In this document: piece after piece, positions 9,766-21,800 of the stretch
How the letters are laid out: every line of letters starts with the position of its first letter
How positions within the stretch are numbered: position 1 is the stretch's first letter
NCBI GenBank assembly: GCA_963788655.1
Contig: CAWBHS010000038.1
Coordinates: 1 to 64,000 of the forward strand
DNA from: an uncultured Verrucomicrobiae bacterium
GTDB lineage: Bacteria; Verrucomicrobiota; Verrucomicrobiia; Limisphaerales; JAFGQR01
Direction: 5' to 3'
Length of the DNA: 64,000 nucleotides
Translations under genes and position numbers: made by a program
Notes under the pieces: model-generated
The model's input: the letters and a program-made list of their open reading frames with translations, nothing else
Told to the model about the DNA's origin: nothing
Databases searched by the model: none

Positions 9766-11527
9766 CTCGGTTCCCACTCCGAAAAACAAGTTGATCAAAC
9801 TGCGTCTGCCGCTACGGCGAAAACGCTCCCGCAGCCGGCCGCGCGGCCAGATCACCGCCATCGACGTCGAAGGCGACATTTTGCGCGTGGTGCAAACCTA
9901 CCAACGTAACGGGCGTACCCGCGTCTCACGCGTCGCAGTGGAACAATTGGATATTAGCGACAAAGCCAGTCTGGCCGATCCGGATATCCTGGGCCGGGCC
10001 ATCGCGAAAGCCCTGGCGCATTTGCGCGTCAAACCGGCGCAAGTGGTGATGGGTGTGCCGCGCGCACTGGTGGTTCTGCGGACGTTATCGTTACCCGCCA
10101 TCGATAACGTTCGTGAAGTAGCTTCTCTGGTGCATTTTCAGATCGCCAAAGATCTGCCGTTCAACATGGACCAGGCGGTGATTGATTTTAAGGTTCTTCG
10201 CTCGGTAACCTCGACCCCCGCCGGAACCAACTCGTCCGGCAGCGAGGCCAAAGATGCCAAGGAATCTGCCGAGACCCAGCCCAAACTGGACGTGCTGGTG
10301 GCCGCCGCCAACCGGGAGGTTATCGGGTTTTACGAGAAAACCGCCGCCGCCGCCGGCTTCAAGCTGATGGCGCTCGGTTTTCGTCCTTACGCCAATGCCC
10401 GTTGCGTGGAAGCCTGTCGGATTGCGGGGCCGGATGAAAGTGTGGCGTTTGTCACGTTGCGGCCGGACGAAGTGTTGGTGGACGTGATTGCCCAGCAGGA
10501 CTTGGTGTTCAGCCGCGGCACCTCGACCAAGCTCGATTACGAAACCGCCGCAACGGCCTACGTGACGGACGGTCAACTGCCGGAGCCGGAATTGCCGGCG
10601 GACCCGGAGCAACTTACGCCGGAAGCCGCAGCCTCCCTCAAGGATTCCGAGAATTCTCTCGTCGAAGCCATTACCATCGAAGTGGTCCGCAGCTTCCACG
10701 GGTTTGGAGGTATGGAAGTCAAGAATCCGGTTTCGCGCCTGGTGCTGGCCGGAGCCACCGGGCACGAGAACGTGGTCGTGGAAGCGCTCCGGAAGCGGCT
10801 CAACATTCCCTGCGAACTCATGGAACCGGCGCGCGCCTTGGACCTCCCCCTCGAAGCGCGCGGTTATGCCTCGGGCGCCATTGCTGCGTTGGGGTTGGGG
10901 CTGAGCATTTTCGATCCGCAAGGATTGCCCTTTGACTTCCTGAATCCCAAGCGACCGGCAGTCCGTCGCAACCTGCGGCGTATCAAGCTCCTTTCCGGAA
11001 TCGCCGCGGCGGCCCTGCTGGCGGTGACGCTAGGCGGGATTGAATTCTATTTGCTGCGCCAAAAGAACCGGGAACGCGACGCCCTGCAAGCCCAGTTGAA
11101 AGTTGAGGAAGGCCGGCACGATTTGTATCGGCGGATGCGCATCCAGGCGCTCGGAATCAAGAACTGGTTGGACGGCGGACAAAGCTGGCTGGATCATTAC
11201 GCCTATCTGAGCAGTGTGTTGCCGTCGTGCCAGGAAGTCTATATTACCGCCTTGAGCATCAGCAGCCGGGGCAGCATTAATTTGGCGGTGCAATCCCGCA
11301 GCGGCGAAGTGTTGGCCAAGCTCGAAAAACAACTCAGCGAGGCCGGTTACCAAGTCCAACCCCTGGCGATCAAGCCGGGGCGGGACAAGTTTGATTATCC
11401 ATTTCGCTCGAGCGTGGAATTGATCATCCCGGACCAACTGAAGATTGATTTGTCCAAACTGAATGTTCCGCCGCGTCCGGAAGACGACGCCTCGTTGGAT
11501 TCCGGGACCAAAGGAGGTGGCTCATGA
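9758..11527 (+). CDS. PilM-like actin-fold domain + TM + PilN-like domain (GspL-like assembly protein)
   Basis: TAIDVEG, VVLRTLSLP, DLPF..DQAVIDF, LVLAG, FDFLNPKR followed by TM helix and periplasmic ferredoxin-like segment. Confidence 0.8.
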   Translation: MANSVPTPKNKLIKLRLPLRRKRSRSRPRGQITAIDVEGDILRVVQTYQRNGRTRVSRVAVEQLDISDKASLADPDILGRAIAKALAHLRVKPAQVVMGVPRALVVLRTLSLPAIDNVREVASLVHFQIAKDLPFNMDQAVIDFKVLRSVTSTPAGTNSSGSEAKDAKESAETQPKLDVLVAAANREVIGFYEKTAAAAGFKLMALGFRPYANARCVEACRIAGPDESVAFVTLRPDEVLVDVIAQQDLVFSRGTSTKLDYETAATAYVTDGQLPEPELPADPEQLTPEAAASLKDSENSLVEAITIEVVRSFHGFGGMEVKNPVSRLVLAGATGHENVVVEALRKRLNIPCELMEPARALDLPLEARGYASGAIAALGLGLSIFDPQGLPFDFLNPKRPAVRRNLRRIKLLSGIAAAALLAVTLGGIEFYLLRQKNRERDALQAQLKVEEGRHDLYRRMRIQALGIKNWLDGGQSWLDHYAYLSSVLPSCQEVYITALSISSRGSINLAVQSRSGEVLAKLEKQLSEAGYQVQPLAIKPGRDKFDYPFRSSVELIIPDQLKIDLSKLNVPPRPEDDASLDSGTKGGGS

Positions 11528-12537
11528 AACCGCGCGAGAAACTGTTGCTGTTCGGCATCCTCGGCTTCGTGGGCGTGTTTGGATTGGGCTTCGGGCTCAA
11601 GACGATTTTGACCAAACCCCTCAAGGCGGCCGACCAGCGCAATGCCGGATTGCGCGGCAAGTTGAATAAACTCAAGGAGGAACGCCGCGCTTTTTTCGAA
11701 GCCGAAGACCGCGTGAAATCCTGGACCCAGCGCACGTTCGCCGATTCGGTGGATGACGCCAGCGCGCGATCCGGGGCCGTGCTCACCCAACTGATCCTGC
11801 AAAGCGGCCTGCCGGAAACCGCTTTCACCCGGCTGCCCGTCGGCCCGCGGCGGATCCGCGCTAAAGGCGACATGGAAATCGGCTGGAACATCCAGGGCGG
11901 CGGACCGTTATCCAACGTCATCAACCTGTTGTTCCTGCTCCAGGAATCGCCGCAAATTCACCGGATCGAAAGCATTGTGATCGGCACGGCGGACAAATCC
12001 GGCCAGGTCAAAGTCCATTTCAAATACCTGACGTTGGTGGTCATACCGGCGCCGGACGTGGAACCGCTGAAGCTTCCGGAGATCACCCTCGAGAATCCCA
12101 AGCGCCAATTGTATAAACCGATTGTCCGGCGCGACATTCTCCGGCCCTATATCAAACGTCCGCTCCCGCCGCCGGCACCGGCACCTCCGCCGACCGCGCC
12201 GCCACCCGCGCCCCCGCCAACACCGGCGCCGCCGGGACCGGAAACCTATCGCATCGTGTCGCTGAGCGACTGGGACGGTCAACCGGAAGTCCACGTGCGT
12301 GATCTCACCGCCAATAAAACGACCGCCTACAAATCCGGCGACGAACTGGCCGGCGGCGCGGTGGTGATGGTGGATTACCGCGCGTTGCCCATGCCGGGTA
12401 AGCCGGGGCTGATGTCTTATAGCCGCGTTATTCTCAAAATCGACGGCGAATACTGGGCCGTCGAGCGGGGTCAAACCCTGGCGGACAAATACAAATTGGC
12501 GTCCGAGCAATTACCGCCGCAATTGTCGCAACTCTGA
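11524..12537 (+). CDS. PilO/GspM-like protein with Pro-rich linker and C-terminal GspC/PilP-HR-like domain
   Basis: MKPREK-TM-coiled coil, FLLQESPQIHRIESI, poly-Pro linker, small beta-rich C-domain. Confidence 0.6.
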   Translation: MKPREKLLLFGILGFVGVFGLGFGLKTILTKPLKAADQRNAGLRGKLNKLKEERRAFFEAEDRVKSWTQRTFADSVDDASARSGAVLTQLILQSGLPETAFTRLPVGPRRIRAKGDMEIGWNIQGGGPLSNVINLLFLLQESPQIHRIESIVIGTADKSGQVKVHFKYLTLVVIPAPDVEPLKLPEITLENPKRQLYKPIVRRDILRPYIKRPLPPPAPAPPPTAPPPAPPPTPAPPGPETYRIVSLSDWDGQPEVHVRDLTANKTTAYKSGDELAGGAVVMVDYRALPMPGKPGLMSYSRVILKIDGEYWAVERGQTLADKYKLASEQLPPQLSQL

Positions 12538-12700
12538 GCGACGGTGGTTTTTCCGAAATCACGAATGGACCTAAATACGAACCGACAACTTTCTTTTGTG
12601 TTGCCTCCGATGAAACGGACGAAGCGCGGCCATGCCGACGCGAGACAGGCGCCGCTTTGCGGGAGCGCATGTTCTCAGTTTTCAAAAATCCAGCCCGCGG

Positions 12701-12786
12701 GTAGCAGCCGACGTAAGGGGGCTTATTCCCCCTCGGAAAACCTCACTGCTTTCGATAAAAACGAGCCTCCTTACGTCGGCTGCTAC
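12701..12786. repeat. Inverted REP pair (GTAGCAGCCGACGTAAG family)
   Basis: GTAGCAGCCGACGTAAGGGGGCT ... AGCCTCCTTACGTCGGCTGCTAC. Confidence 0.85.
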
Positions 12787-12851
12787 CCGTTTTTCAATGG
12801 GCTCTTAGTCTTCACCTGCTCACTTTCATAAAAACCGCGCCCTACAATCTG

Positions 12852-15800
12852 ATGCCCCGACCCATTCATTTAAGCTGTGATCTCAATCTCATGAACGGAC
12901 TGAAACGATTCTGCAACGGACTGGTTTGCATGCTGGCCGCCGCCACGGTGGCGATGGCCCAGGATGCTTCCACGAATTCACCTCCCGCAACCCCGGTCCC
13001 CGCGAGCGCCCCGGCCGCCAGTGCGCCCGTTACGAACGTGCCTCCGGCTGCCACCAATGCTGCGAGTGCCGCACCGACGACAGCGCCCGCCACCAATGCC
13101 GTGTCGCCGGCTACGGAGGAAGTGTCTCCCGCCCCCGCCCCGGCGCCCGCCAAACCGACTGCGGCCGAGCGCAACATCCGGTTCCAGTTCGACGGCATGT
13201 CCTACAGCGAAGTGCTGGAGCGATTTGCGCAAATGGCGCACAAACCATTGCTCACCGAAACGAAGGTCGAAGGCACGCTCACGTACAACGATCCCAAGCC
13301 GTACACCTACCCCGAGGCGTTCGACACGTTGAACCTGATGCTCTCGATGAAGGGCCTGATGCTGGTGGAAACGGACCATTATCTGCGGCTGGTGCCGTTC
13401 AAGGAACTGCCGCAAATGCCCCTCAAAATCCTGCACGGCCTCGAACACGACGGCGATGTTCGCCCCGGCGAGGTGGTCACGGTGGTCTTGAGCTTGAAGA
13501 ATCTCGAAGCCGGCGAAGTTTCCCAATCGATCACGCCGATGCTCTCCAGCGCCGGCTCGGTGGCACCTCTTTCGCGCGGGCAGGGCCTGATCTTGACCGA
13601 CCACCTGGCCAACATTCAGCGCATCCGCTATTTGCTCGACCAGATCGACACTGAATCAGCCGTCACGCGGCAAATGAAGACCTACACGCTGGTCCATGCC
13701 TCCGGCGCGATTGTGGCCGATTTGATCAACAAAACTTTCGGCGCCAGCACCGCCCCGAAGCGCACCCGGCACAATCCCAAGAATTCCAGCCTCGATGTGC
13801 TGCCGCCCGATCCGGCGGACTACGTCACTTCGATCTACGACGAGGCCTCGCGGACGATGGTCCTCTGGGGTCCGACCGACCGCGTGACCCTCGCTGAGGA
13901 ACTGATCAACAAATTCGAGCAACAAGGCGGCCTGGGCGGCGACATCCGAATATATTATCCACAGGATCTCAAACTCGAGGAACTGGCCCAAATGATCCGC
14001 CAGGCCATTCCCGGCGTGGCGGCGCCGAATGAAAACGCCCCGACCAAGGCCCGCTTGATTCCCGATGCCAGCCAGGACCGGCTGATTGTGGTGGCGCCGA
14101 TTCCCGGGCAATTAGAGTCCATTGATAGTTTCATCAACCAGGTGGACAAGGGCGTGAAATCCACCGGCAACAACCCGGGACGCATCCGTTCGGAAACCAT
14201 TCAAGTGACCAAGGTCTTCCGGCCCCGCACCGCCGAGCCGGCGACCGTTGCCAAGATTCTCACCGAAGCCCTGACGCGTCGCCTGCCATCCGGCGCAACC
14301 GCTACCAGTGCCAATGTCAGTGTCGAGCCCGGCAGTCAGAGCGTGGTGGTCAGCGGCTCGCCGTCCGACGTTCAAACCGCCATCAGCGTCCTCGCTCAAC
14401 TCGAGGACGGCACGGTGCCGACCGAAGCGCTGCAAACGAAGTTCTTCGAAGTGGGCAGCGCCGCCGAGGCTAAACGCCTGGAAACACTGGTCCAACAACT
14501 CTATCGCAACCAAGTCGGCGAGCCCGCCAACAAACTGCCCTCCGCCGCCAAGATTGTGGCTGAACCGGACTCAGGCCGGTTGATTGTTACCGCCACACCG
14601 GAGCACCTCACCTTGATTGAAAAACTGCTCAAAGATCTCCAGTCCGAGCCCACCGCGACGCAACCGCGCAATCTGGAGATTTTGACGCTGGACCACACGC
14701 AGGTGAACGACGTGATCAAGAACCTGACCAGCCTGGTGACCGAGCGGATGAGCGAAAAACGGTTCCAGGATTTGCCCAAGCCCGTGATCACGCCCGACGC
14801 GGCCAACAACCGATTGCTGGTGACCGCGACCGCGGAACAGCTTAAGGAAATCAAGTCCGTGCTGCAGATCCTCGACCTCGAACCGGCGCTGGTGCCGCGT
14901 CAGACCCGGATTTTTAAACTGGAAAATCTCCGGGCCGACACCGGCCTGGCCAGCTTCAACAACCTGCTCAACGAGCGTCTGACCGATAAACGTTTCGTCA
15001 ACCAGCCCAAACCCACCATTACGCCGGACGTTCCCAACAACCGTCTGTTGGTCACCGCTTCAGCGGATCAACTCAAGGAAATCGAGGAAGTGCTGCAATT
15101 GCTGGACGTCGCGCCCGAGCTGGCCAAGCGCGACCTGCACGTGGTCACGCTTAAGCACCTGCGCGTCGATACCGGGCTGACCAGCATCAACAACCTGGTC
15201 AACGAACGGATGGCCGATAAACGCTTCGACCGGGTGCCCAAGCCGACGCTCGTGCCCGACGCGCCCAACAACCGGCTGGTCATCACCGCCACGGACGAGC
15301 AGTTCCAGGAGATCGAACAAGTCATCAACCTCCTCGACGTGGTGCCCGAAACGGCGAAGCGGGAGATGAGAGTCATTGCCATTCAGTCCAAGTCCGCCGG
15401 CGAAATCATCAGCTTGACCACGCAACTGATGACGCAGTTGGTCGAGGCGCAGCCCAATCCGCAACTCGCGCCCAAGCTCATCCCCGATCCGTCCGGCCGG
15501 CAAATCATCGCGCTAGCGACGCCCAGCGATTTGCAGCGCCTCGAAACGTTTATTCAACAACTCGACACCGCTGCCGCCACGTCCGCAGCGCGGCAATTCA
15601 AAGCGGTGGAATTGTTTAGCCGTAATGCCACTGAGTTGACGCCGCTCGTCCAGCAACTGTATCAGGAACAGTTGAAAGGCCTGGCCGAACCCGCCGGCGG
15701 CGCCGCCACATTGCTGGCCGACACCAAGAACAATCGCATCATGGTCAGCGGATCAGAAGCGGAGATCGCCCGCGCCGAGGCTCTCATTCGCCAGTTGGAT

Positions 15801-18800
15801 CCGGAGAGCCTGAAGGGCACCAAAGAGGAAACGCGGGTGGTCCGCTTGAAATCGGCGCTGGCCGCCGAACTGGCGGCGTTGGTCGAGAAAAGTCTCAATG
15901 CCCAGTCGCAGCAGATCAAGGTGCTCGTGGACGCGCGCAGCAACAGCCTCGTGCTCACCGGCGATTCGGCCGCGGTCGAAGCCGCGTCCAAGGTCATCGA
16001 CCAACTCGACACCCGCTCAGACATGACGCCGCGCGAAATTCGGATCATGGATCTGCGCTCCGGCGATGCCACCACCGTGGCGCCAATGGTCACCAGCCTG
16101 TTCACCGAAATGATCAAGGACAAGCGCGGCCCGGAGTATGTGGCGCAGGCCAAGATCGTGGCGGATACCTCGGCGAACCGCCTGATTGTCACCGGTCCGA
16201 AGCCGGAGCTTGAGATGGTTGAGGAATTGGTCAAACAATTGGACGAAACCCCGGGACAATCCAGCGGCGCGCGTGTCTTCAAGCTCAATTCCGCCGACGC
16301 CGGCGTGTTGGCGCCCATTGTTTCCAACGCCATGATGCGGTTCGACGTGCGCGGACAGCCGATCCGCAAAGTGACCGTCTCCGCCGACCCGAAATCCAAC
16401 AGCCTGATCGTGACCGGCTCGCGGACGGATTTACAGGACGCGGCGGTGATCATTGAAGGACTGGACGGCGACTCCGGCGGCTTCCTGGCCAGCGATCAAA
16501 CGCGCCAGCTCAAAGTCATCAAAGTCAACACGGACGATCCGGCCCAGTTGGCGCAATTGGCGTTGCAGGTGTTCACCGCGCAAAACCTCGGCCGCAATTT
16601 GACCAATGTCCTCACCATCACCCCCGAGCCGGTCGGCAAGCGGCTGATTGTGATGGCGCCCGCCACGTTGATGCCGCAGGTCGAAACGGTCATCAAAACG
16701 TTGGACCTGCCCACGGAACAGGAACCACGTGGGTTGCACCCGGTGGATTTGAAAAATGCCCGGGCGCAGGAACTCATGACCTCGGTCAACCGGATCTATG
16801 CCGAGCAAACGCAGGGCAAGCCCGGCAAACCGGCCACGATTTATCCGGACACCGCCGGCAAGCGGCTCATGGTTTTTGGCACCCAGGAACAAGCGGCCGC
16901 CATTCAGCAGATCGTCGAAGCACTGGAAAGCCAGGCGAAGACCCCGCGGGAGACCAAGGTGTTTGATTTCGGGTTGCCGACCGAAGCACAACGACTTATG
17001 CCGTTGATCCAGCAGCTCTACAAAGACCAACTGGCCAACGATCCCACCGCCGGTCCCGCTGACGCGCAACTGATCACGGATCCGCGTTCTGGTCGGGTCA
17101 TTGTGTCGGCGCGGACGGATGACTTGAAACGCATCGAGGACATCGTGGCGACGCTCCAGCCGATCACGGACACCAACCTGTTGACCCGCGAAACGAAAGT
17201 CTTCGACTTGGGCCGGCTGGCCGAGGCGCAACGGGTGTTGCCGCTGGTCCAGCAACTGTACCGCGACCGGCTCACGAATGACCCTGCCGCCGGAGCGCCG
17301 GACGCGCAAATGATCAGTGATGGCCGCACCGGCCGCATCATTGTTTCGGCGCGCCAGGACCAATTGCAACTCATTGAAAATATTTTGACCGACTTGAAGC
17401 CGATGACGGATACCAATCAGGTGACGCGCGCCACGAGGTCGTTCGAGGTCGGCACGCCGGCGAATGTCGAGCGGTTGCTTCCGTTGGTGCAAAAGCTTTA
17501 TACGGATCAGTGGAAGGACCGGAGCGAGGAAGATCCGGCGGATGCACAAATCATGGGCGATCCTCGCGCGGGCCGGATTATCGCCACGGGCAAAACCAAT
17601 CACCTGAAGCAGATCGAAGCCATCCTCCAGCAACTCGGGGTAAACGTCAGCGGTGACTCGAACGCACCGCCCAGCAAATTGAAAACTGCCGAACGCGAAA
17701 CGCGCATCTTTGACCTCACTTCGGCCAACGCCGTCGAACTGGCCACCACGGTGCGGACACTTTACCTCGACCAGGTCAAAAGCCGGTTGGGCTCGCTTCA
17801 GCCGGATACGCTCATCGTTCCCGACGTCAATGCCAACCGGCTGATTGTGGTCGCCGAGCCGATTGAGCTCGCGGCAGTTGAAGACATCGTCCAGAAGCTC
17901 GACAAGGTGAGCGCCCAGAGCGCCTCGGCCCGCGTGTTCAAGTTGAAGTCGGCCGACCCGACGAAGGTCAGCGAAATTCTGCAAAGTGCGCTGGTTACCT
18001 ACGACTCGTATGGCCGGCCGCGGAAACGCGTCACCATTAGTGTCGATGCCGCCACCCGTACGATCATCGCCACGGGCGACGCCAAGGAATTGCAGGCGGC
18101 TTCGGTGATTATTGAACAGCTCGATTCGTCGCTCGGGACTCAGACGGACCGGCAAATGAAGGTTGTTTCGTTGAAGAACGTTCGCGCCAGCGAGCTATAC
18201 ACCAAGGTGCAACAACTGTATCAGGACCAGGTTAAAAGCCGTCCGGAACTGGGCATTGCCGACGCCCTCGTGATGCCCGACGCCACCAGCAATCAGCTCA
18301 TTCTGGCCGGCAGCACCGCGCAACTCGAACTGATCGAAAAGATCATCAACGACCTGCAAGCCGCGCAAGCCAACCAGGCGCCGCGCGAAACCAAGATGAT
18401 CGACATCGGCCCCGCCGATGAAGTCACGCGTCTCCTGCCGTTGGTGCAGCAACTCTATCGCGAACAATGGCGCGACCAGGATCCGAGCGATCCGCCGGAC
18501 GCGCAGATCATACCCGATACCAAGAATGGCCGCTTCATTGTCACCGCGCGAACGAATCACATCGCCGCCATCGAGGACATTGTGAAGAAGGTGCAAGGTG
18601 ACCGGACGGCGACCGCCGACCTGCGCGAAACCCGCGTCTATGATTTGACATCCGCCACGGCCATCGAACTGGCCACCACGGTGCGTTCGTTGTATTTGGA
18701 GCAGGCCAAGGCGCGGCCGGGTTCGGCGGCCAGCGACACCATCATTCAGCCCGATCCCGGCGCCAACCGACTGATTGTGTGCGGCACAACCAACGAATTG

Positions 18801-21800
18801 GCGATTGTGGAAGACATTATCACCAAGCTCGACAAGGTCAGCGCGCAAAGCGCCTCGGCCCGCGTGTTCAAGTTGAAGTCGGCGGACCCGACAAAGGTCA
18901 GCGAGATTCTGCAATCGGCCTTGGTGACGTATGACTCGTATGGCCGCCCGCGGAAACGGGTTACCATCAGTGTCGATGCCAATACGCGCACCATCATTGC
19001 CACGGGCGACGCCAAGGAATTGCAGGCGGCGTCGGTGATTATTGAACAACTCGACTCCTCGCTCGGGACTCAGACGGACCGGCAAATGAAGGTTGTTTCG
19101 TTGAAGAACGTTCGCGCCAGCGAGCTATACACCAAGGTGCAACAACTGTATCAGGACCAGGTTAAAAGCCGTCCGGAACTGGGCATTGCCGATGCCCTCG
19201 TGATGCCCGACGCCACCAGCAATCAGCTCATTCTGGCCGGCAGCTCCGCGCAACTCGACTTGATCGAAAAAATCATCAACGATCTGCAAGCCGCGCAAGC
19301 CAACCAGGCGCCGCGCGAAACGAAGATGATCGACATCGGCCCCGCCGACGAAGTCACGCGTCTCCTGCCGTTGGTGCAGCAACTCTACCAGGAACAATGG
19401 CGGGACCAGGCACCGAGCGATCCGGCCGACGCGCAGATCATGCCGGACACGAAGAATGGCCGGTTCATCATCACCGCCCGCACGAATCACATTGCCGCCA
19501 TTGAGGACATTGTGAAGAAAGTCCAAGGCGACCGCGCAGCCACGGCGGAATTGCGTGAGACGCGCGTCTATGATCTGACGGCCGCCACCGCCGTCGAACT
19601 GGCGGCCACGGTGCGGTCGTTGTATTTGGAGCAGGCCAAGGCGCGTCCGGGTTCGACCGCCAGTGAAACCATCATTCAACCCGATCCCGGCGCCAACCGG
19701 CTGGTCGTTTGCGCGACGACGAACGAGTTGGCGATGGTCGAGGACATCATCACCAAGCTCGACAAGGTCAGCACCCAAAGCGCTTCCGCCCGCGTGTTCA
19801 AGTTGAAGTCGGCCGACCCGACGAAGGTCAGCGAAATTTTGCAAAGTGCGCTGGTCACCTATGACTCGTATGGCCGGCCGCGGAAACGCGTCACCATCAG
19901 TGTCGATGCCGCCACCCGCACGATCATCGCCACGGGCGACGCCAAAGAATTGCAGGCGGCTTCGGTCATTATCGAACAACTCGATTCTTCGCTTGGGGTG
20001 CAGGCCGAACGCCAGATGAAAGTGGTGCCGTTGAAGAAGGCGCACGCGACCGAATTGGTCAGCCAAGTGCAGCAATTGTATCAGGACCGCGTCAAGAGCA
20101 ATCCCGAATTGGGCCTCGCCGACGCGTTGATTTTGCCTGATGCCACGAGCAATCAACTTATTCTAGCCGGCACGGAACCGCAGGTGAAGGTGATCGAAGA
20201 CATCGTGAGCCAGCTCGTCGAACACGCCGCCGCGCAAGGTCCGCGCGAAACCAAGTTCTTCGAGATCGGGCAACCGGAGGAAGTGCGCCGCGTTCAGGCG
20301 CTGGTGCAGCAATTGTACACGGACGAGTGGAAGGACAAACAACCGCAGGATCCGGCCGACGCCCAAATCCTGCCCGACGAACAGAACGGGCGTCTGATTG
20401 TCACTGCCCGCCAGGAGCATTTGGCGGCCATCGAAAAGATCATTACGCAAATCCACCCGGAGCGCGCCGAAGCCGCTGCCATCGAAACAAAGGTTTACGA
20501 TTTGCAGGCCACGTCCGCTGCGGAGTTGGCGACGACCGTCAAAACGTTGTACCAGGAACAGCTCAAATCGCGTCCCAGTGCTCCCGTCAGCCAGGCCACC
20601 ATTCTGCCGGACCTCACCGCCAATCGACTGATCGTTTCGGCAACGACGAATGAACTGGCGGCGCTGGACGCCATCATCAAGAAGCTCGATGACGTCAGTC
20701 TCCAATCCGGCCGCACCCGGGTGTTCAAATTAAAGTCCGCCGAAGCCGAACAGGTCGCGTCGGTGCTGTCCACCGCGTTTACCGAGATGAGCCGTTATGG
20801 CCGTCCCCTGCCGCGCGTGAGCGTCGGGGCTGACCGCCAGAATAATTTGTTGATTGTTTCCGGCGAACCCAAGGACCTCCAGGCGGTGGCGACGATCATC
20901 GAGGAAATGGATTCCGCGATCACGCGCGGCAAGCGTTCCATGCGGATCTTTGCCTTGAAGACCGGTCTCGCCACCGAAGTTTCCAGCCGGGTGGAGCAGC
21001 TTTACAAGGATCAGGTTAAAGGCAGTGCGGAGGGCGGCACAGCGGACGCGTTGATCATGGGCGACGATGTCAGCAACCGGCTGATTGTCACCGCCAGCGA
21101 CGCGCACATGAAGGTGATCGAGAGCATCGTCACCCAACTCCAGGAAGCCGGCGAAGGCACGGGACGGCAGACGCGGGTGTTAATGCTCGAACGCAATTCA
21201 GCCAGTTCCATCGCCGCCATGATGTCCCAGTTGTTCTGGCGCGAGACGCGGAGCACCGATCCCGGCCAGCGCCTGGTTATCACCGCTTCCCCGGATGATC
21301 GCACGCTGCTGGTGGATGCCACCGGCCAGATTCTGGAAAAGGTCGAGCAGCTAGTGAAGACGCTCGACAGCGATGAAGCCAAAGGCGCGTTGGAAGTCCG
21401 CACCTATCAAATACCGGATGGCAACGCCATGCTGCTGGCGCAGGGTTTGTCGCGGATGTTCATGGAACGGGGGGGCGGCGCTGGCGGGCCGGCGCCACGG
21501 TTTGAAGGCGATCCCACATCGAACATCCTTTTGGTCGGCGCCACCAAAGACCAGTTTACGAAAATCGACAAGTTGATCGAAGAATTGAAGGCCTCGGTGT
21601 CCGTGACCAACGAGATTCGCACCTTTGTATTGAAGAACGGCGATCCGGAACAAGTGTCCCAAGTCCTGGAGGACATGTTGTCCGACGGCGGGTCGTCGCG
21701 CGGTTCGGGCGGATATCGCGGACCGGGATCCTACATGTATCGCATGCGTAGCCGCGGTGGTGCCAGTCTCAACGAAGTTCGTGTGACACCGGCGACCTCG

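Noticed and set aside
12544..12831. 95-aa ORF between the PilO-like gene and the secretin
   Set aside because: Largely REP-derived, with no recognisable protein features.
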